DNA of 64,000 nt from Hormiphora californensis (taxonomy: Eukaryota > Animalia > Ctenophora), in the NCBI GenBank assembly GCA_020137815.1, contig CM035352.1, positions 1,612,001-1,676,000 of the forward strand, written 5' to 3'. The position numbers were made by a program, and so were the translations under genes. Under the pieces are notes generated by a model. It did not search any database. It had not been told where the DNA came from and saw only the letters and a list, made by a program, of their open reading frames with translations. How positions within the stretch are numbered: the stretch's first letter is position 1; every line of letters begins with the position of its first letter. Positions 11,623-24,836 of this stretch are shown here, in pieces.

Positions 11623-14600
11623 TTAAGAACTCCCATACCCGATATGACAGCACTCAACTGCAATTCTCAGACTCCTCCCAAGGGCCTCCTTACTAGTGTA
11701 TCTCGGTAACTTGAGGGTGTAGAAACATGTCTGTGCCCGGGGTAAGCTGTCAACTGGACTAACAGGACACATGGACAACTTTAGAGTACTGTTGAAACTC
11801 TGAAACCCTCCGTAAGGGACCCTCTGGTAGGCGGTCCAGAAGTGAAGTAGCTTGAAGGCCATCTTTCCTTGTTTAGCGAACTCCCCCACAACCTCCCAGA
11901 ACCAATCAACAACCTCCCCCTGGCCTTCCTGATCCCCACAGTCGGAATGTGCCCGCCAGTCATCCACATCAATTATGGGCTCCCCGCACATGATATTCTC
12001 AAGATCTTCAGCGGAGAATAATTGCAGATACCGTCTGGGTACGAGGTCGTGGAAGCCCTGGGTGAAGGCTGCAATTTCGTTGACGATCGAGAATGTCATT
12101 GTGTAGAGGGAGTATAGATTCACAAACGTAGTCTTGTTTTCCTGCAGCGGAAGGAGGAGGTGGTGGTTCATTCAATGAACTTCATTGAGAAATTATCGAG
12201 CAAACACGCTTGTTTCCTATTATAATATTTTTAGAAAACTACCCCTTTATAATCCCCCCATTTACTTACATTAGTAACTAACACATTCCTCCCATCGTCA
12301 ATCAGATCGACCTCCACACTTTCCATGGTTTCTGGATCGTGTGTAGTAACACAGAAGTAAAGATCGCTCTTTTCAACCTCTGTATCCTCAAGAATAGACC
12401 TCATCATGGCACACTGAAATGTTTATCATTTAACGTTCTGCAGCACATAGCGTACTGTCTTATTATTGGGCATTGGCACACCCTTAGGTAATCGGTTTGG
12501 ACAAGACTTTATTTAGCCGCACAGTGGCCTTTTGGTGGTCACTAAGAATTTTACGGATTTTTTTTGAACCTATCTGGTAGCTTTTTTGACTTAGAATCAA
12601 ATGCACCCCTCACTCATACCTTGATTTTTTGAGGAAAGTGGTGTTTTTCCAAAATGAAGGGTAATTGAAAATTTTTTTTTTCAATTACCCTTCTCCACCT
12701 ACTCCCATGAAAAAGGCCACTGTGAGCCGATTATCAAAAAGAAGAAAGCATAATTAATACCTTCTCCTCAGGTAGATCCGTGTAATCGAGGGTGTTTGAT
12801 GCCTGGCCCAGGATGTGCTTGTAGAAGCTCCGATTGAAGTGGACATCAATAGTGTTCCTCTTCAACAGACTGAGTGCGAATAACCTCCCCGCCAGGTAAA
12901 CCTTCTCCACCGACTTCTTACCATGCTGCCGCGGCTGGAATGACAGACCATTGTTTTGGGTTATGAAAATACTGTTCGGTTCCTCGATCATCTTCCGGAT
13001 ATTTTCCCCGATCCATTCTCGGGTGGGGCCCGCTCCCACCGCCTCCTCCCCTGCATAGTTGATAGTGAGGTGGTGGAGTTGGGGAGCCGTCATTTGTCTG
13101 AGCCTGTCCAAGACTTGATCGTCGTCTTCTCGCGAGACTGTCATAACAGAGTCCCCCAGGGACCAGTCAAAATTCAGGTCTTCTTCGCGGGCGTCTGTTC
13201 GGTAGACCTCTGATAAATTCTCATAGAATATTTGAACCTGCAAAATTGTAATACTTAGAGCTAGAATAGTAGAATGTTAATATCTCATTCCTTCTAGAAG
13301 CTTCTCTCGAGAGAGAGAGGTGTGTGCGTTCTGCGTACGTGAAACTAGCCACATATTAGACAGCATCGAAATCGATTTAACGATTGGTTTCCATGCTGCT
13401 GTCTAAGTTTTATAAGTTCGATAATTACTCCTTTGACAGGGTAGCTGGCATTGACGAAAGAGGTTGGTATCGAAGACACCTCACACTCGCCGGGCGACCT
13501 TCGCGCGCGCTGGCAAGGGGTAACTTCGTAACCAACGAAAGAGGTATCACGGGGAAACCTTTATAACTAGTTAAATTGAGAAATTCTCAGGAACTAAGCT
13601 ACCCTTAGGGTGTTGGATTTAAAAATCAATTTTTTGTACCTCATCTTACTAGATGGAATTTTTAACGCTGATTCCGAATCTGTCAAAATTTTCGATCTAC
13701 GAGCATGTCTTCAGGTGTAACCGTGCTCCTAAATGAACTTGACTGTGCGCTGCGTTCCATTGCTGACACTATGATACACTATCACGTGATCATGTCACGT
13801 GCTCTCTCCCCCAACCCAATTAGTAGTGCTCGCGATCTTACACACGAGCGCGTCACTTGAGACCTGTGGAAACATCTCTCTCCAGCTGTAGGCTGTAGGT
13901 GAGAGATGTTTTTCACTTTCTATCCGAAATTCCGAGATTAAGGAACGTATTAATTTGAAGGGAATATGAGAAAGGAAAGGCCAAGAATTTTAGAACACAA
14001 AACAGACGCATCATGAAACTTCATAGAAGCTAAATAGTATGTTTCCGGCTGAACATTTGTGGATATATATCTCAGATATAAAATACAATGGTCCTGTGTA
14101 GAATAAAATTACTTGAACATTGGTCTGCACCCTAGAAGTTAAACTTGCTATTTCATCTCAATATCAGTCAGTGGTCATAACTTCACATATTCCAAATACA
14201 ACTAGATTATTGTCCTAAACACCTGCAGCAAGTTCCATTTTGCGTCGAAGGTTCCGTGCTCCTAACTTTCCTGGGTTGGCGTCTCGATGTCGCTTGATAG
14301 TCGCTTGAATTCATGATGATAATGTACAACTTACATCGCTAACATATGATCGAACAGGTCGAACAGGTCTGAGTCGACTCAGTCGGGTGCTCGTAGGTGT
14401 GACTGGTGAACTGGGTAGTTCAGGCTCTGAATTCGGTGGTTGAACTTGAACAGACTTCTAGATTAGAAAATAGGTTGTGAATACATTATAGATGTTTATT
14501 GTATTACTAAAATTATAACAAAATCCTCGGTCACAAATATGTGAAGACTGCTAGTGCTAGATGACAATTATACTGAAGTACCTTTTTCTTTCCAAAGCAT

Positions 14601-17600
14601 GGGGAGGTAACCATAAACAAGTCTTCGACCAACTGCATCTCTAACTTATTTCTTGTACTGTGTTTACCGCTCGCCCTCTTAGTGTTGGCGATAAGTTTTG
14701 TCAAGGCCCTGAAGGGGAACAAGAATGGAGAAATATATCAATGTATGTACTACAAACTAAACGGCAGGTTGGCTGAAAAGCAACATACAACAAGCAACAT
14801 ATGTAGTTCTAAGTACTGACCGCTTAATCCCCATTTCTCTAGCTGTTGCTACGTTATTCTGAGTAAAAACTTCCAAAACAGCCCGTGTTGTTAGGTTTAT
14901 AGCATTATCATTCCCAACTGCTTTGGTGGAACCGGAGGCAAGCTGGTCTTCTTCCTTTATAGCAAGAAAATGTGCGAGGACGTTCCGAGAAGTTAAAGCA
15001 ATGTGGGGCTGGTTAATATCGATTTTAGCAGAGCCAATAAACTCGTTGAGGGATCCAAAAGTCATCGAGATAGTCAAGCGAATAATGATATCATGATACG
15101 AGTTGGGAAAAGGTAGTCTCTTTCTCAAAACACGTGATTTGTCACGTGTTTTAAGACAATCCCGGCTCAAAGCGGTCGGGATTGGGAACATCCTACTCGA
15201 TCTACTGATTGAGATTTACTAACTAGGTACTTCCTCTTTCAGATCTCTTCCTGTTGCTCGTACCACACTTTAAGTCCAGGTCTTGTTTCAGGAAACACCG
15301 CTAAATTAGTAGCCTGCTCTTGCATTTGGATCAATGGAACCAGTGTCTGTATATCTTTTCAGAATTCCAATAAATTATTTCCAATCTCTCTCCCTCTCTC
15401 AGGGTTTAACCATTCCATTTCTCTCTGGGTGACGAGCTCGTGTGTAAGATCGCGAGCACTACTAATTGGGTTGGGGGAGAGAGCACGTGACATGATCACG
15501 TGATAGTGTATCATAGTGTCAGCAGTGGAACGCAGCGCACAGTCAAGTTCATTTAGGAGCACGGTTACACCTGAAGACATGCTCGTAGATCAAAAATTTT
15601 GACAGATTCGGAATCAGCGTTAAAAATTCCATCTAGTAAGATGAGGTACAAAAAATTGATTTTTAAATCCAACACCCTAGCTACCCTACTAATTTTATAA
15701 ACACGATACAGACTATATTACCCGGATATCAAGGCCCCACTGATGGAAACACTCGCTGACAAGTTCCTTCATGCCCGGCATTGCGGTGGGCAACATCCCC
15801 AGAAACTCTAGGATCTCATCGGGCCTCTTGCTGCTCTCTTGAATTGCCCCCAAGATCCGGTCCCTAAACAACTAGTCGAGAGTTAGGACGTCATGGCATG
15901 GGGCCATGGACGCAGGGGTGATTTAAAGGGAAGCGAGAATTAACTCTTGAACGACAGAGATCGCTTATTAACCCTGCAAAACACACTGACCTATTTTTCA
16001 GGATGATTTCACAGCACTCCCTCTCCGTCATTCCAATACAACTCCACCTGATGTAGCACTTCAACAGAAATATAAGGGCACCGTCCGAGAGCCTCCGAAC
16101 ACTTCGTCCATCGCCTAACAGTGTCCAGATATTATTCAAAGCCTGCCAGCGAACCCCAAAACTGTTCATTCTATCCCGGGTTACAATATGATCTAACCCT
16201 TCTTTATCTTTTCCAGAAGGGGTTCTACTCCTCGGTGCTCGTGTGACCTTCCAAAATGGACGAGTGTGCCCATCTAGAAAGGCCCATTTTTTCTGGACTG
16301 GTTTGGGTAGGTCCTCCTTAGTGGTCGTCAAAGCCCGGTTAATCAGGTTTAGAACGGTGATGATTCTGAGCAGTCTATCTTTGTCTGAACTTTCCATCGT
16401 TTCGTAAAAACCCCGCTTCGTTGCTATCCTACTAAGCTGCTCCTTTATTTTTGATTCAAACCTGTGAGTTTTGTAAATGTATTTCAGTGTTATGTTATTC
16501 ACGTGAAACTGAACTAACAGTAACTGAAATTTTGGATTTCTCTATTCATGGGACTTACCTAAACTTTATTTCAGTGAGAATGACAACATTTTGGGGCACT
16601 GAAAGTTTTGGCAGCAACTTCTTGTAAATATACGTCTCTCCGGCGAGATTGGGAGCAGTGGGAAGGTTGTAAACACTGCTACAGAACGCATCCAGGAGGG
16701 ATGGATCTTTGAGGAGCTGGAGAAGTGATATTATGTAACCAGGACTAACATTATGAAGGAGCAGATCCTCCGTTGCTCGCTCCATTTCCTCACTAGACAG
16801 GCTGGCACCGTGATCCGTCAACAGCTGAACGGCAGGTAAACTCCGTGACAGGACAGCAAGATACAGCACGGACCTCCCGGCACCATCCCTAGATGACAGG
16901 TCGACGATAGGGATTAGAAGGTGTAACATACGGACACCACCCGCTCTACAAGCACAATGTAGGGCAGTGGAGTCTGTATCGTCCCTCTCGGTACAGAGAT
17001 CTCTCAGGTCATCCTCGCTCTGCCTCCCAATGTACTCCAGGAGGGTTGTGTTGCCTGTGTCTGCACAGTAGTGGGCTACCGTCCTGTTACAACTCCCCCG
17101 GACTCTCCAGTTGGCCCCCGCTTCAATCAGCATCATTGCTTCCTCCTGGGCTGTGGATATAGATCCACTATTAGTATTTTTAAAATTTTTAAATTTTTAA
17201 AATTATTTTACACAGTATAACTGTTGTCACTATTTACAAATCATAACCTCAAAGCTTTTGACTTGCGAGTTAGATGAGAATATTGATTGATGGAGGACAC
17301 TATAGGACAGCTTTTAAGTGTCAAAAAGCTATCGGGATGGCGAGATGACGAGGTGCCATAATTTGTCAACTCTAATAACTCATCTTAGATTCGATGTAAA
17401 ACGTAAAACATACCATTAGCTCTGAGGGCCAGTATCAGTGGAGTATCACCCTTGTCATCTTTCTTCTCCAGCAATGTTTCAACAACGGAACGCTTCTCTA
17501 GTCTTAGTATCTCTCTTACAATCACTCCCTGTCAAAGGAATCAGTGATATGGTGTGGATTAGTGACCGCTAGGGACCAAAACTAAGCGGCTTTTTCACTC

Positions 17601-17845
17601 TAAAATTCAACAACTTGATCGTGTGGTGAAAGCAATACAAGAGCATGATAATGACCTACAGAACGATTGTTAGCAGCAAAGTGAAGCAATGTCCGACCAT
17701 CAGGGAAGGTGGAAAACATTAGGTACTCAGGAGCACGCCGGAGCGTCCGTTCCACGGCATGACGGTCCTCTCGGAACCCATGAAGCTGGACTACAACCTC
17801 ACTAAATGTCAAGCCATTCAATCGATGGCTAGCAGCAGATGTCAT
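11623..17845 (-). CDS. Ankyrin-repeat plus HECT E3 ubiquitin ligase (HACE1-like architecture); exons 17845-17660, 17528-17414, 17150-16559, 16461-15991, 15863-15722, 13237-12761, 12413-12270, 12141-11623
   Basis: Ankyrin motifs (GRTLLHFAA, GDTPLILAL, STALHCAC, GRSVLYLAV); HECT motifs (GEEAVGAGPTREW, LPRAQTCFYTLKLPRY with catalytic Cys); junction phases all match; one extra base in the C5 run at 15847-15851. Confidence 0.9.
12520..12724. mobile_element. Transib-type MITE, 205 bp, in a HECT intron
   Basis: TIR cacagtggcctttt / aaaaggccactgtg; 5-bp TSD agccg at 12515-12519 and 12725-12729. Confidence 0.85.
13606..15679 (-). mobile_element. Non-autonomous hAT-superfamily (hATm-like) element, 2074 bp, in a HECT intron
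   Basis: About 250-bp TIRs beginning tagggtgttgg; 8-bp TSD gctaccct at 13598-13605 and 15680-15687; internal spliced ORF. Confidence 0.9.
14582..15065 (-). CDS. Element-borne spliced ORF, probably the N-terminal part of a hAT-type transposase; exons 15065-14821 and 14708-14582, further exons possible
   Basis: MTFGSLNEFIGSAKIDINQPHIALTSRNVLAHFLA...GIKR/ALTKLIANTKR...FGKKK; homologous exons with the same intron positions at 32152-32645. Confidence 0.7.
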
Positions 17846-18563
17846 AGTTAATGTACGGCGTGTGTGTGTGTACTTGTGTATCAGTGTCGTGTTGTTAGGT
17901 AAACAATTGCAGAGTATTAAATGGATTGATTGTTTATTTGTTTATTTGAACCCTCATTTCTATGCCTAGCGGCGCCAGATCCCGTTTCTCAACAGTGTAC
18001 CCAGATCGGGATGGCGTGGCTAGATTTCTTAGACTTTATCGCCTACATGCCTCACGGAAGAGAAGGCTAAGAATGGACCTCACCGGCCACCCCTTATTGA
18101 GTAACATGACTGTCACAGAAGAATTGTGTCTTTTTTTGGCAATTGAACAGCACAAACGCTCTCTCAACTCCCAAAGAAAAAAGGCCAGAAACCCAGTACC
18201 ATGGAGCGTTGAAAAATGAAGATCGTGCGTCATCACATGCCAGCTCCAGTACATGTGAGTATTACAGCTTGGTGACGGGTTCATTGGTGAGTTGTGTAAT
18301 ATTATTGTAGTGGCCCGGGTGCCACAACATGACAGCTGCAAGAACCATGTTCCTCTATTCAGACATGCAATTATCCGAGTCACAAATGGCACCCATCCAT
18401 CACTATCATCTCTCTTTTCTACATCTTTCTTCCACTCTCTCACTCTCTCAGTGGTTGATGGTTCTCAGTCTCTCTCCTTCAGTCCCTCTCCATCTCCCTC
18501 TCTTGCTCCCTCTGCCTCTCTCAGTCTCACCTCTCTCTCTCGCTCCCTCTCTCTTAGACTCTT

Positions 18564-18598
<35 letters not shown>

Positions 18599-20395
18599 AT
18601 CTCTCTCCGGATATACTACTACTACTATAACGCTGAGCCTGCACCATCTGCCAATGTTGTGTGTGCCCGGGTCACGTGACCCTACAACGTAAGTGATCAC
18701 GTGACGCTGGGTCACCTGATACCCGGGCAATGTTACAAACTACAGGAGCGAGACTGCAACATGTAGATTCCTCTCCCTCCCTGAAACACCACCACTATTA
18801 TCATCATCAGGGGTTGCAGGGTGCACTAATGTTGTAATTGGTTCATTTGATATAGTTCTGTGTACAGCTATCTCCCTCTCTGATATATCGACCAGAGCGA
18901 TCCTTTACAACATCAGATCTCGCTCAATCAGTGGTCCCGTCCTTACATTATCGACGACGTCAAATCCAGATCAGAATTCTGTTCTTCATTGTCTGGTGGA
19001 CCCTATTGCATATATATGATGAAGTCGGAGATGTTTGAATTGAGCGAGAACCGTCATCGCTACCTTCCAATGAACGAACACCACGTGATACCAACTGCAC
19101 CATCGGTACTGATAAAGACTGAAGATGATTATGCAGGTAACTAATAGATCTTCAGTCTCAAGGTACAAGGGTCCTCTTTGTCAAGAGGAGGCCTATACAA
19201 CATAGAAAGTGTTCGTTCACGTCCTGTTACCGACGCTAAAACTATACGCCACCTGGCCACGGCTGCGGGCTGGTATAATAACAGTTGGGCTGTTAATGCA
19301 AATTGAGATCGTATTTGATATCTCTATTATCTCAGCTAGTGAAAGTGGGATATGGTGGCGATACGGAGGCAATTGATTGCAGAATGCAAATGATCGTGCA
19401 ATTTGAATTACCATGGTTGGCACGAGCGTACGGGAAGTTGAAGGTGATTACCCGACTACGGGAACACCGATTTCTCTACAATCGATTGTACCAGGAATGG
19501 TAATCCCTCTGTATGCTGTCAGACCATTGGCCAGAAAGTCTGTATCATGGGGGAGGTTATTCCGACTGAAAAAATATATAAAATCAGTTCACCACGCCAG
19601 GATGCATGGCTTCTAGACATAGGGCTCATATATTATATACTTCCTCGTATTCCAGAATCTTCTCTGTCTGCACGATATTGAGTAGGATGTCTGGCTGAAG
19701 TTATCCGTGATTTAGTAGCTGTTATATCCATATTCCATGTTGGTGATACTTGTGATTCATGTCGGGTATGAGGCGAGTGAGGATGCAGATCAAAATAAAT
19801 AATGAGCGGATAGAGAGGGACTCAAATACCAAAATAGAAAAAACTTGGATAGCTGTGAGAGACATTCTGATAGTTCCCAGTGTGCCGTATTGGGCGATGG
19901 CAGTTTGTACAACATCTTACTATCGCTCTCTATCTCTCTGTGTCAGTCTTTCTCTGTGTTTGGCTATTCCCTCTCTCACTCTCCCTCTCTCTATCTCTCT
20001 TTATTTTTCTGTTCCACCGTCTCAATTTTCCTTTCTCCCTAAATCTAGTATCTCTCATTTTTCTCCCCCTTCTCCCTCTCATTTTCCCTCTCTTTCTCTC
20101 TATATCACTCTCACTATTTCTTTCACCCTATTGTTTGTTTAACGCTTCAATTCCCCCGAAAATCAAACGCCGTGCCCTAACACATTTCACCATTACTTCT
20201 ACTATATTCTTGTTGATTTGTACACATTTGGTAGGCTTTGTCGGCGTTATAGCAGAGACCCCTCGTTTTCACATAACATAATACAGTTTATTACCAGTTT
20301 CCTCTCGCTCCATCTCTCTCTCTATCCCTCTCTTTCTCTCCTTTTTAGTGCCACATTGTCGCCTAACTCTCAGCTCCAGATCGCCCCTCTCACGC

Positions 20396-20720
20396 ATGTG
20401 CACCGTTTCAACGCCAGGTAAGGCACAGAGCCTTTTAGTAGTGCATATAATGTTCCTGTAGTGGCTTTTCTGTGCTGTTCAGATTGAAGGTTCCGTAGCA
20501 GAGGTATAAAAGTGGCGTATTATCCTTTGAAAGTTTTTGATACGTGATCACTGATCACTGTTTGCAGTTTTTACGACTTACGTCTGTGTGTTCGCACATT
20601 TTCCCGTTCGTTTGTGTGTAACTTAATGTCTAGTAGAGCGTTTCAAATTCACATTTCTATTTTTCACACTCTCGCATAGGACCTTTATAATAATATGCGG
20701 GTAGTATGTCGCAGAAAGAA

Positions 20721-20752
<32 letters not shown>

Positions 20753-21686
20753 TGATAGAGAATGATATTGAAGATAAACACGAGGTTTAGCTTTTTGACT
20801 GCAAATTAGGGAAGACAATTATCGCGTTGATTCCTTGAAACCAGTGTGGCGTGTTCACCAGTCACATTCACTATCAGCTGTAACCTGTAACCTGTGTTTA
20901 ATTTTGATACTAAAACTCAGTAATGGACAAACTTAGTCGTAGAGCTAGGTCTTTTTTTCGAACAGCTTCTGTCATTATATGAGAGCCATTCCTGAGTTAA
21001 AAATCCAAAATGCAATACCTTAGTTGTTTCAAAACTCTCTAGATAATAGTTATACCATTGCGTCTCTTTTACAGGTGAATCATACAGAAAAAGCAAAAGA
21101 AGTCAAGAATCAAAAGGTAAAGATCATCTAGTACAATATTATTTTTTGTTCATCCTCCACCCCCCTTTATTTCTCCTGTTCAGACTATCTATCCCGACCT
21201 ACAACTTTCTAGTCCCTAAAGACCCCGGCCCGCATATTATTATAAAAACCGGGGTCCCGGGGCCTCGGTTTTTATTTTGTCCACGAGAGAGCTCTGCAGT
21301 AGTAAAGTGCATCATAAGTTCTCAAAACTGCTAACTGCTAAGTCTAGGGCACTACGGCAGTCGGCGTACCTCAAAGAGGCGAACCCTTGAGAAGGCATGT
21401 AGATATATCCCTCTCTCTCCCTCTCTTCCTCTCTTTATCTCTCTCTTCCTCTCTCTCGCGACTTCAGACGCCTCTCTCCCTATCTCTCCCTTGTGTTGTT
21501 CAAATGGAAAACAATGAATCGCCCTAATCTTCACCCAGTTCAACGCTCCTTAGTCGCAAGGGAGAGAAATAAATAGAAATAGGGTAGAGAGAGACAGGGA
21601 GCGATTGAATCAAATGAGAATCAATGTAATGGAACGAAAGGTGTTTATGAAAGTGAGAATGACACTGTTGGATCAGTTAAATCAAG
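20396..21686 (+). CDS. Candidate alternative 5' coding exons of the Pax gene: 20396-20417 plus 21075-21116, or 21614-21686
   Basis: Each route starts at an ATG and ends at a phase-1 donor (CAG|gtaagg, AAG|gtaaag, AAG|gtatta) compatible with the paired-box acceptor at 22320. Confidence 0.5.
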
Positions 21687-22254
21687 GTATTAGAATTTAG
21701 AGACGATGCTAGAAATCATAATCACTTAAAGTGAAGATCTCCCTCGAGACACGGGTTCTATTTCCTCACGTCTCAGTAGAGTAGCTCAGTGTGAAACTTA
21801 GTGCTTCCTTCCCTGCGAGATGAAATACCGACAATACCTGTAACTCTAGGAGAGGCGGCATGTCACTCGCTGCGGCACACGGTTCTCTCTCCATGTCTCA
21901 CTGAAACACACACACACTGAATAGCCGATAAGAAAATAAGTCACGTGACACCAATCCTGCTATCCTATTGCTGGAGAGTGTTTGGAACGCGTCTGGCCAT
22001 TTCGCCGTGGCGCACGTGTACCGTCAATGGCCGGCTCTCCTTTGTCACGGTCCATTGACAAAGCCAGTCTCAGTGCAGTTATCTAACCCATTCACTGTAA
22101 ATCGATTGAGAGAGGGAGAGAGACAGGGAGAGAGACAGGGAGAGAGACAAGGAGAGAGAGAGATACCTGTGCTAATTGACGCCTTCCCGCCAGCCCCTAT
22201 CTCAACTAGGGCATGCGCCCTACTCTACAATCCCATTGATCCGCTCTTGATCTC

Positions 22255-24748
22255 ATGCTAGGTACGAATCTCTAGTTTTGTGTTTGGTTGTTAAATTGTG
22301 ATCCGTTCCCTGTCGCCAGATAACCGGAGGATAGGAGTTAACCAGCTGGGAGGATCATTCAAAAACGGCAGACCCCTCCCTGAGGAGATACGAAAGAGGA
22401 TCGTGGATCTGGCTCACTTTGGTGTTCGCCCCTGTGATATTAGGTAGTAGACATGTGCATATTTTGTTCTCAAATTTCCAACCGTTTGGCAACACCAAAG
22501 TCAAGTAAATCAATTTGATTGATCTCCCATTTCAGCCGTCAGCTACGGGTAAGCCACGGCTGTGTCAGCAAAATCCTGGGTCGTTATTCTGATACAGGTA
22601 CGTCAAGCACCCCGCTTCTTAGGAGCTCCCATAAACACCATTTAGAGTGATCAGTGATCAGTTTGATTAATTAGTGTCGTATAATTGTGGTCTGAACTGG
22701 ACCGAGAGGTGTATTGATAAGAAAACCATCCAAATCTTCCATCGTTTGTTCTTTTATTTTTCTGTTTTTACATTGCTAGAAGGGAATAGAAAATCTGGTT
22801 AGCTCAGGGCGTAGTACAATTATAACTAAATCAAAAGTGTCACGAATCCCCAATTTTGTGGGGGAGGGAGATGTAGCTGGGGTTGGTCTACTGCAGCGGT
22901 GCAGTAAGTAGGTTAGGGAAGGGTTGGAGAGAGAGAGAGGGGCGAGGGGTTGTAAAATCACATTTCAATCAGGAAAACTCGGTTAAGCTTGTACCAAAAT
23001 TGTAAGATTTGATTCATAGTGTGACTATTGCGTTTCAGCATAGGCTATGGTGAGAGACATGGGATGAGAGAGAGAAAGAGAGGGAGAGATAGAGAAAGGG
23101 ATAGAGAGATAGATAGAGGGAGAGATAGAGGGAGAGATAGAGGGAGAGAGGGGTTAAGAGACTAGATCTCAAGACCGTCGGTAGAGAACTGAAACAAAGA
23201 CAAGAATTAAGAGATAAACAATATTGCCGACAGTTCGGTGACAGTTAGACCTGATGATAGGTGAATTGCATGTGCACAAGGAAGTCTAGACCGTCACGCT
23301 TTATTCTTTTATTTGACTTCACTTGTGTAGTCCCGGCTGGTTAGAATTTGAATTACAGTCAATTAATTAACAATTCTAGTAACATTAGTAAACCAAAAGT
23401 GTAATAACATTGCTAATCCCCCTCCTAGGTTCAATACTCCCCGGTAACATAGGGGGCAGTAAACCAAAAGTGGCCACACCGGAGGTGGTTGCCATAATAA
23501 GGTAAACTCAATTAGTTTACTTAAGTTATACTTAGTTATAAATAGTTGATCAAATATGCTTAAACACATTTTAATTCTCACAAACCCTGTGCCCTACTTC
23601 AATTACTTATAGAATGTAATTTCAGTGAGTACAAGAGGTTAAACCCGAGCATGTTTGCCTGGGAGATTAGAGACCGACTACTCATGGATGGTATGCCGTC
23701 GAACAAGGTAAATATAGTAACTAGCGGTACCAGGCCATCCATTTTATAGTAATAATAGTCTAGAGTCGATATTACTGCATGATCGACCACTCCCAATTGT
23801 TCCAGGTCACTAGTCTGTCACTTGATGTTTTGATACTTCCTCCCAGATTCACTCTCACTAGCATAACCATACCATATAACCACTCTCTGTGCATTCGACT
23901 GATCAGTTGAGCAATGTGTTTAGCATCAATACGTTAAATACACACAATAGTATCGTGTTATAGCACCACGGTGCTAGGTTTCTATTCACTTTCTCACCTC
24001 ACCTACACTTTCTATTATATCCCTGTATTGCAGAGGACCATCTGTGTTAGCAAGATACAATAGCTACTCTTTATCATTTGTACAACGAAACCATCTCATT
24101 ATCTTGAAAGTGACCAACCAGATTATATATTTAGGACACACATGGTGAATGATGTTTAGCCGTGCAGGTATTAGCTATTTTGAAATACGTTCATAGATGC
24201 ATTATAAACGCCAAATATTCTTCATTGCAAACAACTGCAATTAATGATTGAAATCCCCTTGGAATCTCACTTTATCTCCAAAACTAGAATCCAACCATCA
24301 CTCAACACTGAGGCGCATACCTTCTAGTAATCTCGACCTTGATTTCTCTCTCTCTCTATCTCTCTCTCTCAGCTTCATTTCTCTACAATATCACTCTACC
24401 GTCTCTTCAGGGAAGGGGGCCTCTGCTTCCACTGGGTGAGAGGGGGGGGGGGGTGGCACACATATTTTAAGGGCACACTTCACATGTTCGCTTGAGGGGA
24501 GGCTCACTTCTCGCTATCCCTCCCCTCTCTCCTGCTGATTTTCTCTCTCTCTCTCTCCTGGGTGGAGACTATGTAGCCATTGAGGGTGCAGGAGCCCTGT
24601 CACATGCCCTTAAATGGACCAATAGTCTCCAGGGTCATCTCATGGGAGCGCTGCTGCTGCTGCACCTGGCTCCTGTCTGTTACAACTGTCTCTCTGCAGA
24701 TCTCTATGTCTCTCTAATCTCTCTCTCCTCCTACCTTTCTCTATATCT

Positions 24749-24836
<88 letters not shown>

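Noticed and set aside
15847-15851. Frameshift suggesting the HECT gene is a pseudogene or uses programmed frameshifting
   Set aside because: Single extra base in a homopolymer in an assembly with many such errors; the rest of the gene is intact
17962-18219. 85-aa ORF head-to-head with the HECT gene
   Set aside because: No recognisable motif, and a competing ORF lies on the opposite strand; cannot be supported without expression data
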